A stretch of DNA of 64,000 bases, taken from contig CM052818.1 in assembly GCA_028534125.1 (NCBI GenBank), positions 33,234,001-33,298,000 of the forward strand. The letters run 5' to 3'. Source of the stretch: Lama glama (lineage: Eukaryota). The notes beneath the pieces are model-generated. The model had not been told where the DNA came from. It did no database searches and saw only the letters and a list, made by a program, of their open reading frames with translations. This document shows, piece after piece, positions 1 through 13,192 of the stretch (position 1 is its first letter; each line of letters opens with the position of its first letter). Position numbers and translations under genes: made by a program.

Positions 1-723
1 GGGCGGGTGCTAAGGCCCTGCCATCAACAAGAGGACAGAGCTGTGGAGCTGCAGGGCCCACAGGAAAGGGCAAGGGCACAGGGAGGGCAGCCAAAGAGAT
101 GTTCTCCACCCCCCCACCCCAGGACCACAGCCACGCACCTCCCTTCTCCCTTGCAGTGACTTCTTCCAAGCCCTAATCCCAAATGTGTGTCTAATGCCAG
201 ATTTCCTCCCCAAATCGATGTGGCACTGTTGGGAGTGGGAGTCCTGTCAGGAGACCTGAGTCCTAAGAAACAGGGTTCCCAGCCCGGTGCTCTCTCTTCA
301 TGGGGTGTGACCTGCACTGGGTGGCTGAACGTGTCAGGGTTTCAGAGTCTTCAGTCCAATGTGTCAGGAAAGCCCGCCTGGGTCACCTCATGACTACTGC
401 GAGGTGATGGAGATGAAAGTACTGTGCAAACTGTAAAGAGCTCTAGGTGTTATGACCACTGTTACTGTTACTGTTGCATTGGGGCGAGTCATGTTGCTGC
501 TCCAGGGAAGAGATCTGACTCTCTTAGTTGCTAAACAATGTTAAAAACAAACAAACAAAAAAAGTCTTCCTGGGAGCTTGAGTGTAAGCAACATACCCAA
601 AAGAAACAAAAGGGCAGTGAAAGGTAGCACGTAGAGGAACTAAGTGCTATTTTCTTAATCAAGCCCTACCTCAGGGTCACCACAAGGGAGGGCATCAATA
701 CACGACCTCAACAAAGAACTTAC

Positions 724-794
724 GTGCCAAAGTGACTGAGGAAAGCAGCAATATACTCTCTTCTTTTGTGGTATCCTTGAATCACATACTGCAC
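724..794 (-). CDS. BABAM2: BABAM2/BRE coding exon (exon 9 by human numbering), 71 nt, phase 0 to 2
   Basis: Minus strand reads ttcctattccag|GTG CAG TAT GTG ATT CAA GGA TAC CAC AAA AGA AGA GAG TAT ATT GCT GCT TTC CTC AGT CAC TTT GGC AC|gtaagt = [23 protein letters not shown](T). Recognised as BRE/BRCC45; canonical AG/GT; continues in frame from the 3880-3979 exon. Confidence 0.96.
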
Positions 795-845
795 CTGGAA
801 TAGGAACCCCAAAACTGAGAAGTGGAGTAGGAAATTATTAAATGC

Positions 846-1900
846 TTTATTATGTAAAATTGCAAAGATTCAGAGAAGTAGAAAGAATAGTAAAAGGAAC
901 ACTCATATTCCCACACCTATATTCAACAACTCTGAATATTTTACCAAGTTGCTTTATCCAGCCATCTACCTACCAATCAACCTATCAATCAATCTTGCTG
1001 AAACGTTTCAAAGGAAATTAGAGACATCATGACAGTTTGCCCCTAAACACTTCAGCATGCAGCTCCGAAAAACAAGACACTTTCCTACATAACCACAATA
1101 CTGTTATCATACTCAACAAAACTTAGTAATCATTCTCTGAACTCGTTTGGTATCCTGCCCATTCTCAAAACTTTCCAATTGTCCCCAAAACATTTTTTTT
1201 TAAAAGCAGGGTATAAACAGGGCCAATCTAGAATTTAATCTAGAAAGTCTTTTACTCTAGAATAACAGTGCCTCCTGTGGGGGGTGGGGGTGTGTGTGTG
1301 TGTGTGTGTCTGTGTCTGTGTGTGTGCCTGCACACGTGCACATGATACTGACTGAAGAGACCGGGCTAGTTGTATTGTAGAATATCCTGCATTCTAGATC
1401 TGATTGTTTTCTTCCTTTTTCCTCTACCTTCCACATTTCCTATAAATTGGAAATTAGAGCTAAAGATGTGATTAGATTCAAGTTAAATATTTTGGGCAAG
1501 AAAACTCCATAGGTGATACTGAGTTTGATCATCGGTTAAAGCGATGACAGGCATACTGCTCCACTTTGAAGGGCTGTTTTCCCTTTGCCATAGTGAGTAA
1601 TCCAGGGCTGTACCTCTCGAAGCATGTGAAGATCTAGCTCCCACCAACCTGTCACCTAATGCTTTTAGGATCTGGTGAGATCCTTGTCTGAATGACTTCA
1701 TTAGGGCCTGAAAAATGGTGATTTTTTTAAAACTCTATCATTCTTTCTGCATTTAAAAAAAGGTCTCCCTTTTTATCAGCTGCAATTCTCTGTAAAGAAG
1801 AGCTTTCTCTCATCAAATGGGTCTATTTGGTGATTCTGAACTATATCGCCTACTGAAAAGGCATGATAATGCTTAATTCTTTCTTTTTGAATTTGTAATA
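846..1900 (-). mobile_element. Old L1 (L1ME/L1MC-type) 3' region, degraded
   Basis: Begins tttattatgtaaaattgcaaagattcagagaagtagaaagaatagt, typical of reverse-oriented ancient L1 3' ends. Boundaries approximate. Confidence 0.6.
1290..1326. repeat. (TG)n microsatellite, interrupted
   Basis: gtgtgtgtgtgtgtgtgtgtctgtgtctgtgtgtgtg seen directly. Confidence 0.9.
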
Positions 1901-3879
1901 TTCAGAATAAGGAGTGTTACAACAGGATATTTTATTTTGCCTTTCTATATTTCCTTGTTATCAACGACAGTTTCTACAAAAAAAACTGTGAACTCATTAA
2001 GCTAGGCATCTGAAAGTTAGTCACTAACCCATCAGCTTCTAACCCAAAAATACATTCCTTATAAAACGTCTTCAAAACGGCTGAAACAGTGGGAGAAAGA
2101 GACCCCCCAAATTGTTTATATTGGCTGTAGCCACACTGAGTTTCCATGAATAACAAAAGCTTGAGATAAAGTGCTTGAAATAACCTTGACACAATTGGTA
2201 CTGATAGCCATTTTGTACCCTTTAAAAGTAAAACAATTCTATTTATATAATAGGGGTTTTATGTCAATTTATAAAAACAGTGCTTGCTTTGCAGGCTTAA
2301 TGCAGGATCAGAAATGTTATTTTGGGAAAAGAAAAACAGATGATAAGTTTGCTTAAGTGGCTTTGTTTAAAAAGGGGATGAAAACAGTTCTGTATACTTG
2401 ATTTTAAAAACAGAAAACCATTTTAACAGAAACCCACAACAAAACTGGCTATAAAGATAGATTCCAACGTAATTATGGAAATTCATTTGAAGAGACTGTT
2501 TCTAAAAGCAGCCCATACTGTCCTCGTTTGTAGCAAGTTTTAAAAGACAAGTAAAATTAATGAAAGGGAACCAGATAAGAAAAACTGACTGATTCTTGTA
2601 TTTCTGGGAAAATAGTATTATAATCTTTTTGAGGAAAATGTATGACTAGAAATTAATCTCAATTGGAGAGCTTTATAAAAGCTTTTCTTCTCGGTTCTGG
2701 AAGACCAAATTTGCATTTTTCTCTATCATACTGGGACCCAGATTTGAAGGCAGTGCAAAGTCCCACAGTGTAAATAAGACTTCTGTCCTCCGATCAGTTT
2801 GGTAGGAGCGCAGAGGCTGGGGGAATTTGGTCCCAATGAACAGCCAGTATTCCGTAAGAGTTAAATGCCCGGGAGCCTGTGCCAAGACCACAGACTGCAT
2901 AGTTGCCAGATCTTAGTTTCTCTGACATTTAAAAAATAATACTGAAGCCTCTGAAATATTATTATACTTCTAAAATATTTGCTATATAGAGATGAGCTAT
3001 TTTTTGAACGAAAGAGACAAACAAAAGATTTATTTTCCAAGCCAATGTGAGTAAGTCAATAGGAGCAAAGAATACAGCACTTTGGGACTTCAGCAAACTG
3101 AATCAGTCCACGTGGGAGAGGAAAGAAAGTCAGTGTTGCTTGTGGATTAATATCTCCAGCTTTCAGCTAAATATACTGGCTGGACATTAACAAGTATATT
3201 CTTGCACTTTTTAGAAATACCTGGCAATAATTATTAATGCAAACTCAGCTACTTGCCAATGTAAGGGCTCATTAACGCAGCTATAAGAAAGCTTTAGATA
3301 GTCTGATGTACCTGGCTACAAGACCAGCTGGCCTGGAAATCCTGCCCCTAGAAGCAGGACTCTGGTAAACTGCTCCTAGCAATGACAGGGGAATCAAGAA
3401 CCAACTATTAAAAAGCACAGCACAGAAAAGAGGAAAGAGATGAGGGCAGCTCCACAAAATTACCCTGATATTAACCAGTGGTGTGCACGCATGTGTGTGA
3501 GTGTACACACACACACACACCCAGAGGCATGCAGCAGATAACTGGGAAATGAGAGTTCAAAATTTTTCAACCACAAGAAGGTGTAAGGGCCAGCAAAAAC
3601 TTAGGGCATAAAGGACATTCAAGAGAGAGGAGATATAAATTTAAAAGATAAAGCTAAGACTGGAAGAGGAGGTCAGAATCCTCAGAAAAGGAAGGGAGGC
3701 AAAGAAATAGGGAGAGAACCCGATGAAATGTAATTCGAAGTGGGAAAGGCAGATGTCAGATGGAGGATGCAAATGAGAGATGGGGTGGAGAGGATGGTGC
3801 CTGCTCCATGAGGCGGGGTAGGTGCTGCACTGACGGAAGGAGCCTCACAAGGTGGGAGAGTTAGGGGACTTGCTTTTAC

Positions 3880-3979
3880 CTTGTTGGTGAGTAGGTGGCA
3901 CACTTGAGGAACATAATCAATGAGACATCCTCCTCCTGGAAAAGCTGGGATATGAAGAGCTGAGGAACCTCCAAGTGCA
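3880..3979 (-). CDS. BABAM2: BABAM2/BRE coding exon (exon 8 by human numbering), 100 nt, phase 2 to 0
   Basis: Acceptor tcttgtcctttcag|T GCA CTT GGA..., donor ...AAC AAG|gtaaaa. Encodes [33 protein letters not shown] (inside ORF 3682..3999), matching BRE sequence as I recall it. Confidence 0.96.
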
Positions 3980-4486
3980 CTGAAAGGACAAGAGTACAAT
4001 GGACACTTCTCTTAAGGCTCAAACAATTTAAGAAGTGACACCCCCCCAAACAGACCTGGCTTCTCTTATCAGAGGAAACTGCCCATCAACTGCCTGAATT
4101 AAGGATGATGGGTGGGAACAGGGGCTTCACTTTATGATCACGTTTCTATATTTTAATCCATTTCATGGTACACACGACTGATGACTGATGACGACTCATG
4201 ATCCTATCACACACAGCAAATTCTGACTGGCATGGGTAAATGTTTTATCAGCATTCATGGGTTGTGCCTGTTACTGAAACACAGACTTTTATTCTCTTGA
4301 TTATGCCCAATTTAGCTCTGGGTAAAGTCCTTCAGTAAACACCTTAAATGAGCACAACTGAACTGATGCCACAGTGCAATGGGGTACCAAAGGGACTTGT
4401 TCTGCAGCGCCCCAGCTTTGCTGCCTTGGGCAGCCTCCATGGGCTTTAGTTTCTTCATTCTTAATGTGACACAGGTGGTCGAGGGC

Positions 4487-4800
4487 AGGGGTTGCAAACT
4501 CTGGGGTCTGCCCAGTCCAGGCAGATTTTGTAAATGAGTGGAGAGAACAGGGTAGGGACTCAAAGCAACTGGAGATTTGCACACAGTGGGAAGGACTCTC
4601 ACTGCTCAGCCCCAGTTGAGCTCTGACATATAGGAACACAAGCCTGGTCTTAACCGGATCCTTATTTTTCAAGTGAAGCCAGAAATCCAGATGATTTACT
4701 CTCTCAATTTTAAAATGGTGGCAACTAATTCAATATTTTCTGAAATATGATGCTACCTGGTCTTGTGTCTGTGGCCCAATATGGGCAGGAAGTGTGCAAC
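4487..4800. mobile_element. hAT-Charlie non-autonomous element (MER103-like)
   Basis: Starts caggggttgcaaactc, with internal gtaaatgagtg and gccagaaatccaga motifs resembling MER103. Confidence 0.5.
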
Positions 4801-6234
4801 TAGTACCAGTAAACACGGATAATCAGTTCATCTAAACAAGAAGGTGCGGTCAAAAACCATCAACCCAAGCATGAAGGCATAATGTTGATCCAGAATTAGT
4901 TACCAGAAATTTCCTGCTGATTTAAATTAACCAGCCTATGATTATTAAAAGAAATTGTTCAGAACCTTACAGCATGCATTTTATGTATCATCCTTAATCT
5001 TGATATCATCTTTTTTCCTACTCTCACTTCCCTTTGGTCCTAACTTTTCTTATTTGAATTTTATTTTAATGTATATATTTCTGTAAGCCCCTTAAACCCT
5101 CTGTAATACGATGGAATATACAAAGACCCCTGAAATCCCTTAATGCTGTAATTATTCATTATCCAAGTCCCTGTAGTTATAAGGTTGTTAATGGTAGCAA
5201 AATGTTTCATAATAACAGTCTAGAAAATCATTCTTACATAGTTCCACGCAGATAGATTCAGTCTAGATTTTGTTATACAAAGAACAATATATGTGACTAC
5301 TGAAAGGACTTCAGACCCAGCCCATCTCCCTATTGATTATAGATTTATGAAACTAATTTTTCAGGGTAAAGATGAATATTATGTTTACTCATTTATGGGA
5401 ATGAAAAATCCCAAGAAACAAAATTCCAGGTGATGTGAAGAACTCAGTATGGAGTGGAAATATTCACCATTGACTTACTCTGCTCAGGTGATAAGTTAAA
5501 AGCACAACAAATCTGACAACTGAGAAAATTTGGAGACAGCGTTTGACTAAGTATGACATTAATGAATCATGTGCACCCTGCAACCTCACAGACTCAGCAT
5601 GAACACCAGCCACTTCCATTTGCTGCTCTCAGAGCAGACACTGGATTAGATGTAGCCTCGACTCTGAAGACGACTAGGAAAATTCCTGTGACTTTCTGTG
5701 AACTAGGGGAAGGCTTTCTGTCCCCTCGTCTGTATGTAAAAGTACACAAAGGGCACACCTCTCACTGGAAGGTTCTAATGGTTCCATTAGGATGCAAAAC
5801 TGATAAAAGAAGAAAATTCTATAGTACAAGAAAAATAAATCCAGTGTTTATAGCCTGTGGTTATTGGTGAAATGTCTGTATAAGAGAGAATACAAGATCC
5901 AGGCTTCCCATAGGTTACCTAGAGGAGCAATCCTTGGAATAATAAAACTCTAAAAAAAAATAATTTGGACAGTTTTACTGATAGTAATGGGCTTTGTATA
6001 TAATATTACCAGGTTAGTTCTTAATCATTCACTAAATTGAATACAAGGAGTGAAAATAGTGTGTGGGTAATCCTCTAAACTTGAAACTCTCTCTCTACTT
6101 CTGAAATATAGCCACTAAACAAAAACTACCTATAATAACGGGAAGAAGCAGAGGGATGGAGAAATCCAGAGACCAGCTGCTTTGTGCCAGGCCCACCTCC
6201 CTGCTCTCAGCTTCCATGATTATTGAGGACTAGC

Positions 6235-6440
6235 ACTAGTTGCTAGGTGCTTTCTCAGTATCTAATCTAATCCTCTCCACAATTCAATGAGCTGGGAATT
6301 ACCACTATAATTTACAAGTGAAGAAATCGAGGCTCAGAGAGCAGAAAAACTTTCCTTGGGTTCACACAACTGGGAAATGGTAAAGCCAGATCCAAACTCG
6401 GGTAGTAAGCCTGTCGCCAGAGTCCACGCTTTTGTTACCG
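6235..6440 (-). mobile_element. MIR SINE
   Basis: MIR core tttacaagtgaagaaatcgaggctcagagag ... aaagccagatccaaactcgg. Confidence 0.7.
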
Positions 6441-6831
6441 CTAAGTTGCATGCCTGCCTGAGAGCAGGGGGATTCTCATCCTGAAAAAGCTACAGGGATG
6501 GAAACAAACAGCAGGTCTGGCTACCAGTGAGCAGGGTCAGGATCCAAGGAGGCTGAAAGGCTTCTAGAAGCTCTCAGATGACCACAGCAGCAGGCACCCT
6601 GATGGACAGCTCATCTCCCCTGTGACTTTCCATGCAGCAGCCAGGCAAGCATTCCTCTCAATTTTGTCCACACCTCAGGACTCTCCCACCTCAGCCATCA
6701 AACAACCGGACTCACTGGCTCTTGGTTATGAGGGACCAATCACTCTGTCATGTCTGACTGTGAATGACTTAGTCGTGCAGGGTAAGCCTCAATGTGTGAA
6801 GCACTTCAGATACTCTGAAGGGTAGTTTTAC

Positions 6832-6990
6832 CTGAGAGTTTTTTTTTTTAAAAGGACACCTACTGCACCCTTTATTTAACTCGGTACTTTCTTTGCTGGC
6901 GAGGGGACTGAACCTGACTTCCAGCGTCACACACTGATAAGTGCTGCTGATTCATGTATAAATATCCGCCCCCTGGGTAAATATTTAACA
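6832..6990 (-). promoter_or_regulatory. Candidate internal promoter plus non-coding first exon
   Basis: Minus strand: GGGGCGG box, TATTTATA (6964-6957), Inr-like TCAGT with its A at 6935, donor CAG|gtaaaa after 6832. Confidence 0.35.
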
Positions 6991-8624
6991 GGCTTGCTAT
7001 AGCCTGAATGCTGCCCTGATCATGCTAGATAAACAGAGTCAAGTGCCATGAAATAAAAGAGCTATTATGTTTTCAAAGGGTGCAAGATGGAGGAGGTATG
7101 GCCTTGTGATCTCTCATTCTTTAATATTCATGAATCAAAAAACACGAGGCTGAGCATGTACAACAGAGATTCCAGGCCTCACTCAACTATTCCCAGGAAT
7201 GCAGGGCTGGCTGGCGAGAAGGCAGGGCCTCACTAACCCACAAAGTGGCTGAGTTGGGGCTGGGGAAGGGCTGAGGAGTAGATGAAAGGGACCACTTGCT
7301 CTTGACTCCTCTGATCTCTAGAGCGATGCCGGGAGAAAGCAGGGCTAGAAGGTGGGGGAACTAAATTGGTGCAGCAGGGTCTTGGGCTGAACTTGGGAGA
7401 AGAAAAGGGTGAAAAGGGCTGCTTTGATGAGAAAGTAGCTTCTATCTCTTTATGGACTGTAGTGAAACATGAAATTACCTGATAATTCTAAGAACTGAAA
7501 CTGAATCTTTATATATAAACTAGAAGGACAAGGCCAGAGTTTGAGAAAACCTTCCAATAGTGAAGCTGAAGAGACCGAAAGGTAGCCAGAAACAAGCATT
7601 TCCAGGTCTGCCTCACTGGCTCTAACAGTCAAATGTAAGAGCTGTCTATGTACTAATACTACTGTTTCCATGCGAATACAGCTAACTGAGCCTTTGTGGA
7701 CCTTGCTCTATCTGCAAATATTCAGCACATTTCTGGTACTGAAGATCTGACTTGGCCACAGTTCATCAGCATAAAGGAAATATTTCTGAGCATTCTGACA
7801 TGGAAAAATGCAGGGAGTCAGCCTGTCTGCAAGCTTGACTTGAGACAATGAGGTTTTAACCCTTTATGGAGCAGCAATCCCTCCTCCCCATGTGGGATTT
7901 TACCTTACTGGCCAAATAAAATGAGGAGAACATGATTCGGCACTGGAGAAAACCAGAAGGGTCGATGATTTACAACTGTAGTCCTTGCTTCTGCCAAGTT
8001 TGCTCTCTCTGGCCCTACTCAACCTTCCCATCAGTACAGTAGAGACAACACTACTTTTAAAAAGACCCATCTCTCTCAAGGGTTAAAGGGTTAAATAACA
8101 ATTAGAGTTACACTAATTTTAAAATAGCACCAAGCACTCCAAGAGAGACGTTATTCTAGAATCCATCTTGTGTGAATGTTCTACATCCAGGGTTATGTCC
8201 AGGTGCTGCCAGAGATGCTTGGATCAGCCTTAGTGTCCTGTTTTGCCTTTGAATCGGGTTTTAAGGGAGAGGAAGTTGACATGGTTGCCTCCCCTACAGT
8301 AGGATTTAGGGGAGTGCTGGACGGTAAAGCATGGAAATGGGGAATTTCAAGGATGACAGGTGGACACCAGCTGCCCCAAGTTCCCAAGCTAAGAAAAATC
8401 CAAAGGAAAGGTGAGTCTCCAATTCAACCCAACAAACATGAACTGTATGCCTAAATCCGTTTAAGGATTTGAGCTTTCCATTCTGAATACGTGATGAGGG
8501 CACTGCTGTTAATTCCTTTCAAGGTAGAGAAACGCCAGTGACCTCAAGAATTTAGGGCACGCTATAATGACAGAGTACGTTTCCTGGTGGCCTGCCAGGA
8601 AAACCATTACAATCAAACAAAAGT

Positions 8625-8845
8625 CATTGTTATTTATTGAGTATCCACCTTTGCCAGGCACTCTACTAGGCATTTCATTATCTTTAAACCTCTCAACAAC
8701 CCTGCCAAGTAGACCTAATTAGCTCAACTTCCAGATGAGGAAACTGAGGTTCTAAGAGTCTAAGTATCTTGTCCAAGGTTAGCCAGCAAGTATGCTGCAG
8801 AGATGGGCTTGAATCCCAGTCTTTCTGGTTCCAAAGCCAGCGTCA
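8625..8845 (-). mobile_element. MIR SINE
   Basis: cagatgaggaaactgaggttc ... cttgtccaaggt ... ttgaatcccagtct. Confidence 0.75.
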
Positions 8846-9779
8846 TTCTTCTTTAGAAATTCTTTCATAGAAAGATGGTATGGGATTTCTAGAACTCTAA
8901 TCCCTACCTATATACTGAAACAGTAGTATAAGTGGCTAAAGTTATTCTCAAAAAGCTTCCTCCACCTCGTCATCTCAGTTTTTCTTAAGATATCGTATGT
9001 CACAACAAGCTAACTTGGTAGGATAAAACAAAAAATCATATATAGGTTCTGAAAACCCAGAAGTACATAAATACTACACTAAGAAGAGGCTCTGTTTTTC
9101 TGCTTTTGTTTTTTCCTAACTGGATTTTCTCTTTCCGATTAAAGCATTTTCTAGAGCTGCTGTTAGCCTTTGTCTCATTTATAGATTCAACTTTGAGCTG
9201 TCTCAAGAGTCTCTCCACCCCTCAGTTAAACAAAACCAGGGTGTAATTCAAAATGGGAAAATCTCAATGCGCATAAGAGGAGAAGAAAATAAAAGCTCAG
9301 AATGACAAGTTTACATGTAGGAGAAAATTCGGGGAGTCACACTGGGACGAGGGGTTCATTGAAGCATCAAAGTGGGCCTGGCTGTATGACATTTGTGGCT
9401 GACCTAATATTTCCACTAAACATTCTTTACAAATATAATCGGGTCTTACTAGAGTGCTGTATTCCATTTCTTGCTTCCCATTTTTAGATGGACATATAAA
9501 AATGGAAGTGTTCAGAGACAATGATAAATACGATTAAACACTCAGAAAATGTTCCTCTTTGGAGCAAAGTCTAAGGAAGCTGAAACTGCTAAGTTAAATT
9601 ACTTAGAAGGTTATGGAATTATTAAATAGAGTAATTTAGAAATGTGAAGGCAGATCATATAGACAATCTGAATCAGTTATTCTTTGCTTAGTCATGGTAT
9701 AAATGAAGAAAGTTTAAAAGGCAACATGAGAGATTTAGGTGGTAAAATGTATTCTCCCCAGAATGGAGTAGTGAACTAC

Positions 9780-9990
9780 AGTACCATTTATGAAGTACTA
9801 TGTACTAGGCACTGTACTGAGTGCTTCTCCTACACGATACCATCTCTTCTTTACATCAGTCTATGAGAGAGGTGTTATCTCATTTTACAGATGAGAAGGC
9901 TGGAGCTTAGAGAAGCTACATAACCCTCTCTGAAGTCACGTAGGCAGTAAAATGGCAGAGAGGCATCTAAATCCTGGTCTCTCTGACCTA
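9780..9990 (-). mobile_element. MIR SINE
   Basis: cattttacagatgagaaggctggagcttagagaag core. Confidence 0.7.
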
Positions 9991-11529
9991 AATCTACCCT
10001 ACTCTCAGGTCTTCAATGATCACTTTTGTGACTTCTGCATCCTTATCTGCAGACTGACATCTGGTTCCAGGTGTGTCAGATCCATCAGGCTCCTTCTGGC
10101 TTGGGTGTTCAGGCAGACGCCAGGGCTGACGGAACCCCTGAGGCCCTTTCCAGGAACATTTATTAAGCTTATTTGGGTGCCTGAACTGAAGTGATTAGGG
10201 CCTTTTTCATTATAGGTCATTGAACCCCTGGAAACTCTGAGGGCCAGAGGACTTGATGGACACTTTCCAGGTGAGAGAAGATGAAATGGAAGCAAAGAAA
10301 CTTTAAACTTAAATACAAAAAAAAAAAAAAAAAAGACAATATTGTAATTTCTTTTTTTTTTTTTTGGAAAATATTGTAATTTCAAACAGAGTCTGTCTAA
10401 TGACATGAACACTAACTAAGCTTTTGTTCAGAAACGTGTTTAAGTTTGTTAAAATCTCAAAAAAGCCTTTAAGGGACAATCTTAACAGATGTCCACCATC
10501 AGGATTTTGTTAGCATGTGGAAAAGCATTTAAAGTAAGCCCCAAAAAACAACAATGAACTTAGCAGATGTTCTATTAAGATTTGGTATGAACTACTTATA
10601 ATGATGCCCGGCCACGCAAGACATGGACAGACTAAGGGAAGGAAAAGCTTTTTCCCTCCTGTTTCATCTTGATTCTGGGCCTGTTACCTGAGTTGACTCC
10701 ATCTCCACTTCTTTAAGAAGAGGATCTACTTACAAATTCCAGTCATCAGGAATGAGTGAATTTGTGAATTTGTTATAAATTTACAACCCTGAAGCTCCAA
10801 TGAATGGCTTTACTACTCTGCTATTACAAAGCAGGAGATAACTTTTCCCATGAGCTACTTTTGAAATATATTTACTAAAAAAAAATCAATATATGCATAT
10901 ATCACATCATTACATTGTACACTTTAAACAGCTTACACTTTTGTCAATTACACTTCAATAAAGTTGGGGAAAAAATCAGTGCATACAATAGTTATCCTAG
11001 ACTCAATCCACAAGCATTTATATAGCTCCCTCTTTCTCACTGCACACAGGTTTTAATGATGGTCAAAAGAAGATGCAGAGAAAAAAATCCCTCTCCCTGA
11101 CCAAGGTAGAGAAGTATATCCACCTGTTTCCTGTTTACTGGTATTTACTAAAGGCTCAGGCACATAAACAGTAGAAGGCAACTTCATGCACACATCACTG
11201 ATCTCTGTGCTCAAAGAACTAATTTGTAGGTAGCTGGAGCTTGGCTTGTGAATGCGTACACGTGCACACACGCACACACAAACAAATTAAAAATTCCAGA
11301 AGATGAGACTGACCAGGCTGCTGGTACTTAGCACTTTACAATTTGTTTCCAAAGTGCTCCTCATTTGGTTTTTTTTTTTTCACAACATCCTTAGAAAGTA
11401 GGTAACAAGTGTTAATATTCCCACTGTAGAGATCCAGGCTTGAGAGGGATGACTTGTCCAAGGTTTAAGGCTGGCAACTTAAACTTATCCCCGTATAAGT
11501 GGGATTGGAATCTTTCCTTTGTGCTGTTT

Positions 11530-11670
11530 TCATGATTGCATAAGAGTAATCTAGGGAGCCTTTTAAAAACTCAGACACCCAGGCCCTTCCCCACAGAAGC
11601 TGATCTATTAGGTTCAGCAGGTCTGAGGTGGGACCCTGTCCCCCAGGGATTGCAGGTGCAGGTGAGCCTC
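11530..11670. mobile_element. MER5A-like hAT-Charlie fragment
   Basis: gggagccttttaaaaactcagacacccaggccc ... ggtctgaggtgggaccc resembles MER5A. Confidence 0.55.
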
Positions 11671-12409
11671 ACACCCGACTCTGTACCTCACCTTGCACCT
11701 CGCTCCACCCTGTACACCTGTACACCTGTACTCTGTACACCCTGTACCTCACCCTGAGGACATACAGCAGGGACTGGGAATGGGGAGGCGTGTGGTAAAA
11801 CCAAATTTGTCTCGCTTCCACAAGGCATTAGGTCACTGACTATTTGAGAGGCACCGTGGACAACATGGAAGATGAAGAAAACATAGATATGCTCTTAAGA
11901 AGCTCAAGGCCTAGTAGGGGAGATAAGACATTTATGGAAACAACTAGGAAAAAGATTACTGCGAAGGGTGTCTGTGGGCAAAATGAAGTACAGCGGCATA
12001 CAGGTAACCAGAAGGCAAGGCAAAGGAGTCATCCCATCAAGAGTGGGGCTGGAACGAAGGAAGACAGATACCACGCAACACGGCAAGGCACAGGATCAAA
12101 GGCCGGGAACTCTGTGGACAGCAGGGCATGGGTCCTGGGCCACAATGAGCAGCTTTTTGCCCCAGTGAGAAAAACCTATTTCCTACTTGAGGCTGCCCAG
12201 GACATCAATGATAAAAGGGCATGTGCCTGCAGAGGGAATAAGAAGATATGATGGTCCATCCTGATGCATGCCAATGGGGACCCGGGCAGGAAAGAAAACT
12301 TGAGGTTAAAAAAGTTCTGTTTAGTCACAGAGTGAGAGATGTCCTGGAGAGAAGGAGAAGTGTGGAGTCCGAGACTGAATCTCAGCCAGTTTTACTGCTT
12401 AACATATCT

Positions 12410-13085
12410 CTTCTACATCAACAACTTCCAAATTTATCCTCTAGCTCAGACCTTTCCTGAACTCAGGACTCATATAACCAACTGCCTACTCAACGCCTCC
12501 ACGTGGATGTCTAAAGTTTACCTCAAAGTTAACCTGCTCACAAGCAAACTCTGCCTGCAAAACCTACTGCTCCTGCTCTCATCCTTTTTCAGCCCAAGGC
12601 AGCTCCAACCTGTTGGTTCCCTAGACCAGGCCAATCTGGCATAACTTCTCGTCCGGATTCTTGCCTCCGTGGATAAGCCGGGGCCGCTCCACCTCAGGGC
12701 ACTGGCTCAGTTCTTCTGCTGTTGCCTCTGCCTGCAACTCTCTTCCCAGCCACCTGCAGGCCTTGCTTTCTCACCTGCTTCTAGTTTTACTCAAAGATCA
12801 CGTTCTCAGTAAGGCTTCCTCCACAACCTATTTAAAATAACCCACCCTCCTTTCCAGTACCTCCCTATTCTTTGTTTGACTTTTTATGACATTTATCTCC
12901 GTAAAACCACCTACATACTGCACTTGTTTATTGTCTCTCGCATCACCCATCACTAGAATGCAAACTCCCCCAAAACGGGGATCTTTGTCTGTTCTGTTCA
13001 CTGCTGTAACACCAGCAATAAGAATAAGGCCAAGTTCATCAGAGACACTCAATAAATATATGTGGTATTAAAGGTGAATGAATAA
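12410..13085 (+). mobile_element. L2 LINE 3' fragment
   Basis: ccaactgcctactcaacgcctccacgtggatgtc ... cactagaatgcaaactcc ... ctcaataaatat ... gaatgaat, the L2 3' end. Confidence 0.75.
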
Positions 13086-13192
13086 AGAAAGATATGGGAG
13101 TCAAATTTCCAAAATGGACATTAAAAGTCAGTAAAGGTATGTTTCTTTTCTGAAACAGTCATTGTGAAAAGGAAGGTTTCATTGGTCCAGGA

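Larger units (their letters stand above)
795..3879 (-). other. BABAM2: BABAM2 intron between the two coding exons (3085 bp)
   Basis: GT..AG boundaries between the two identified exons. Confidence 0.93.

Noticed and set aside
3682..3879. C-terminal extension of ORF 3682..3999 beyond ...LLTNK
   Set aside because: Read-through into the intron past the donor at 3879; not BRE-like sequence.
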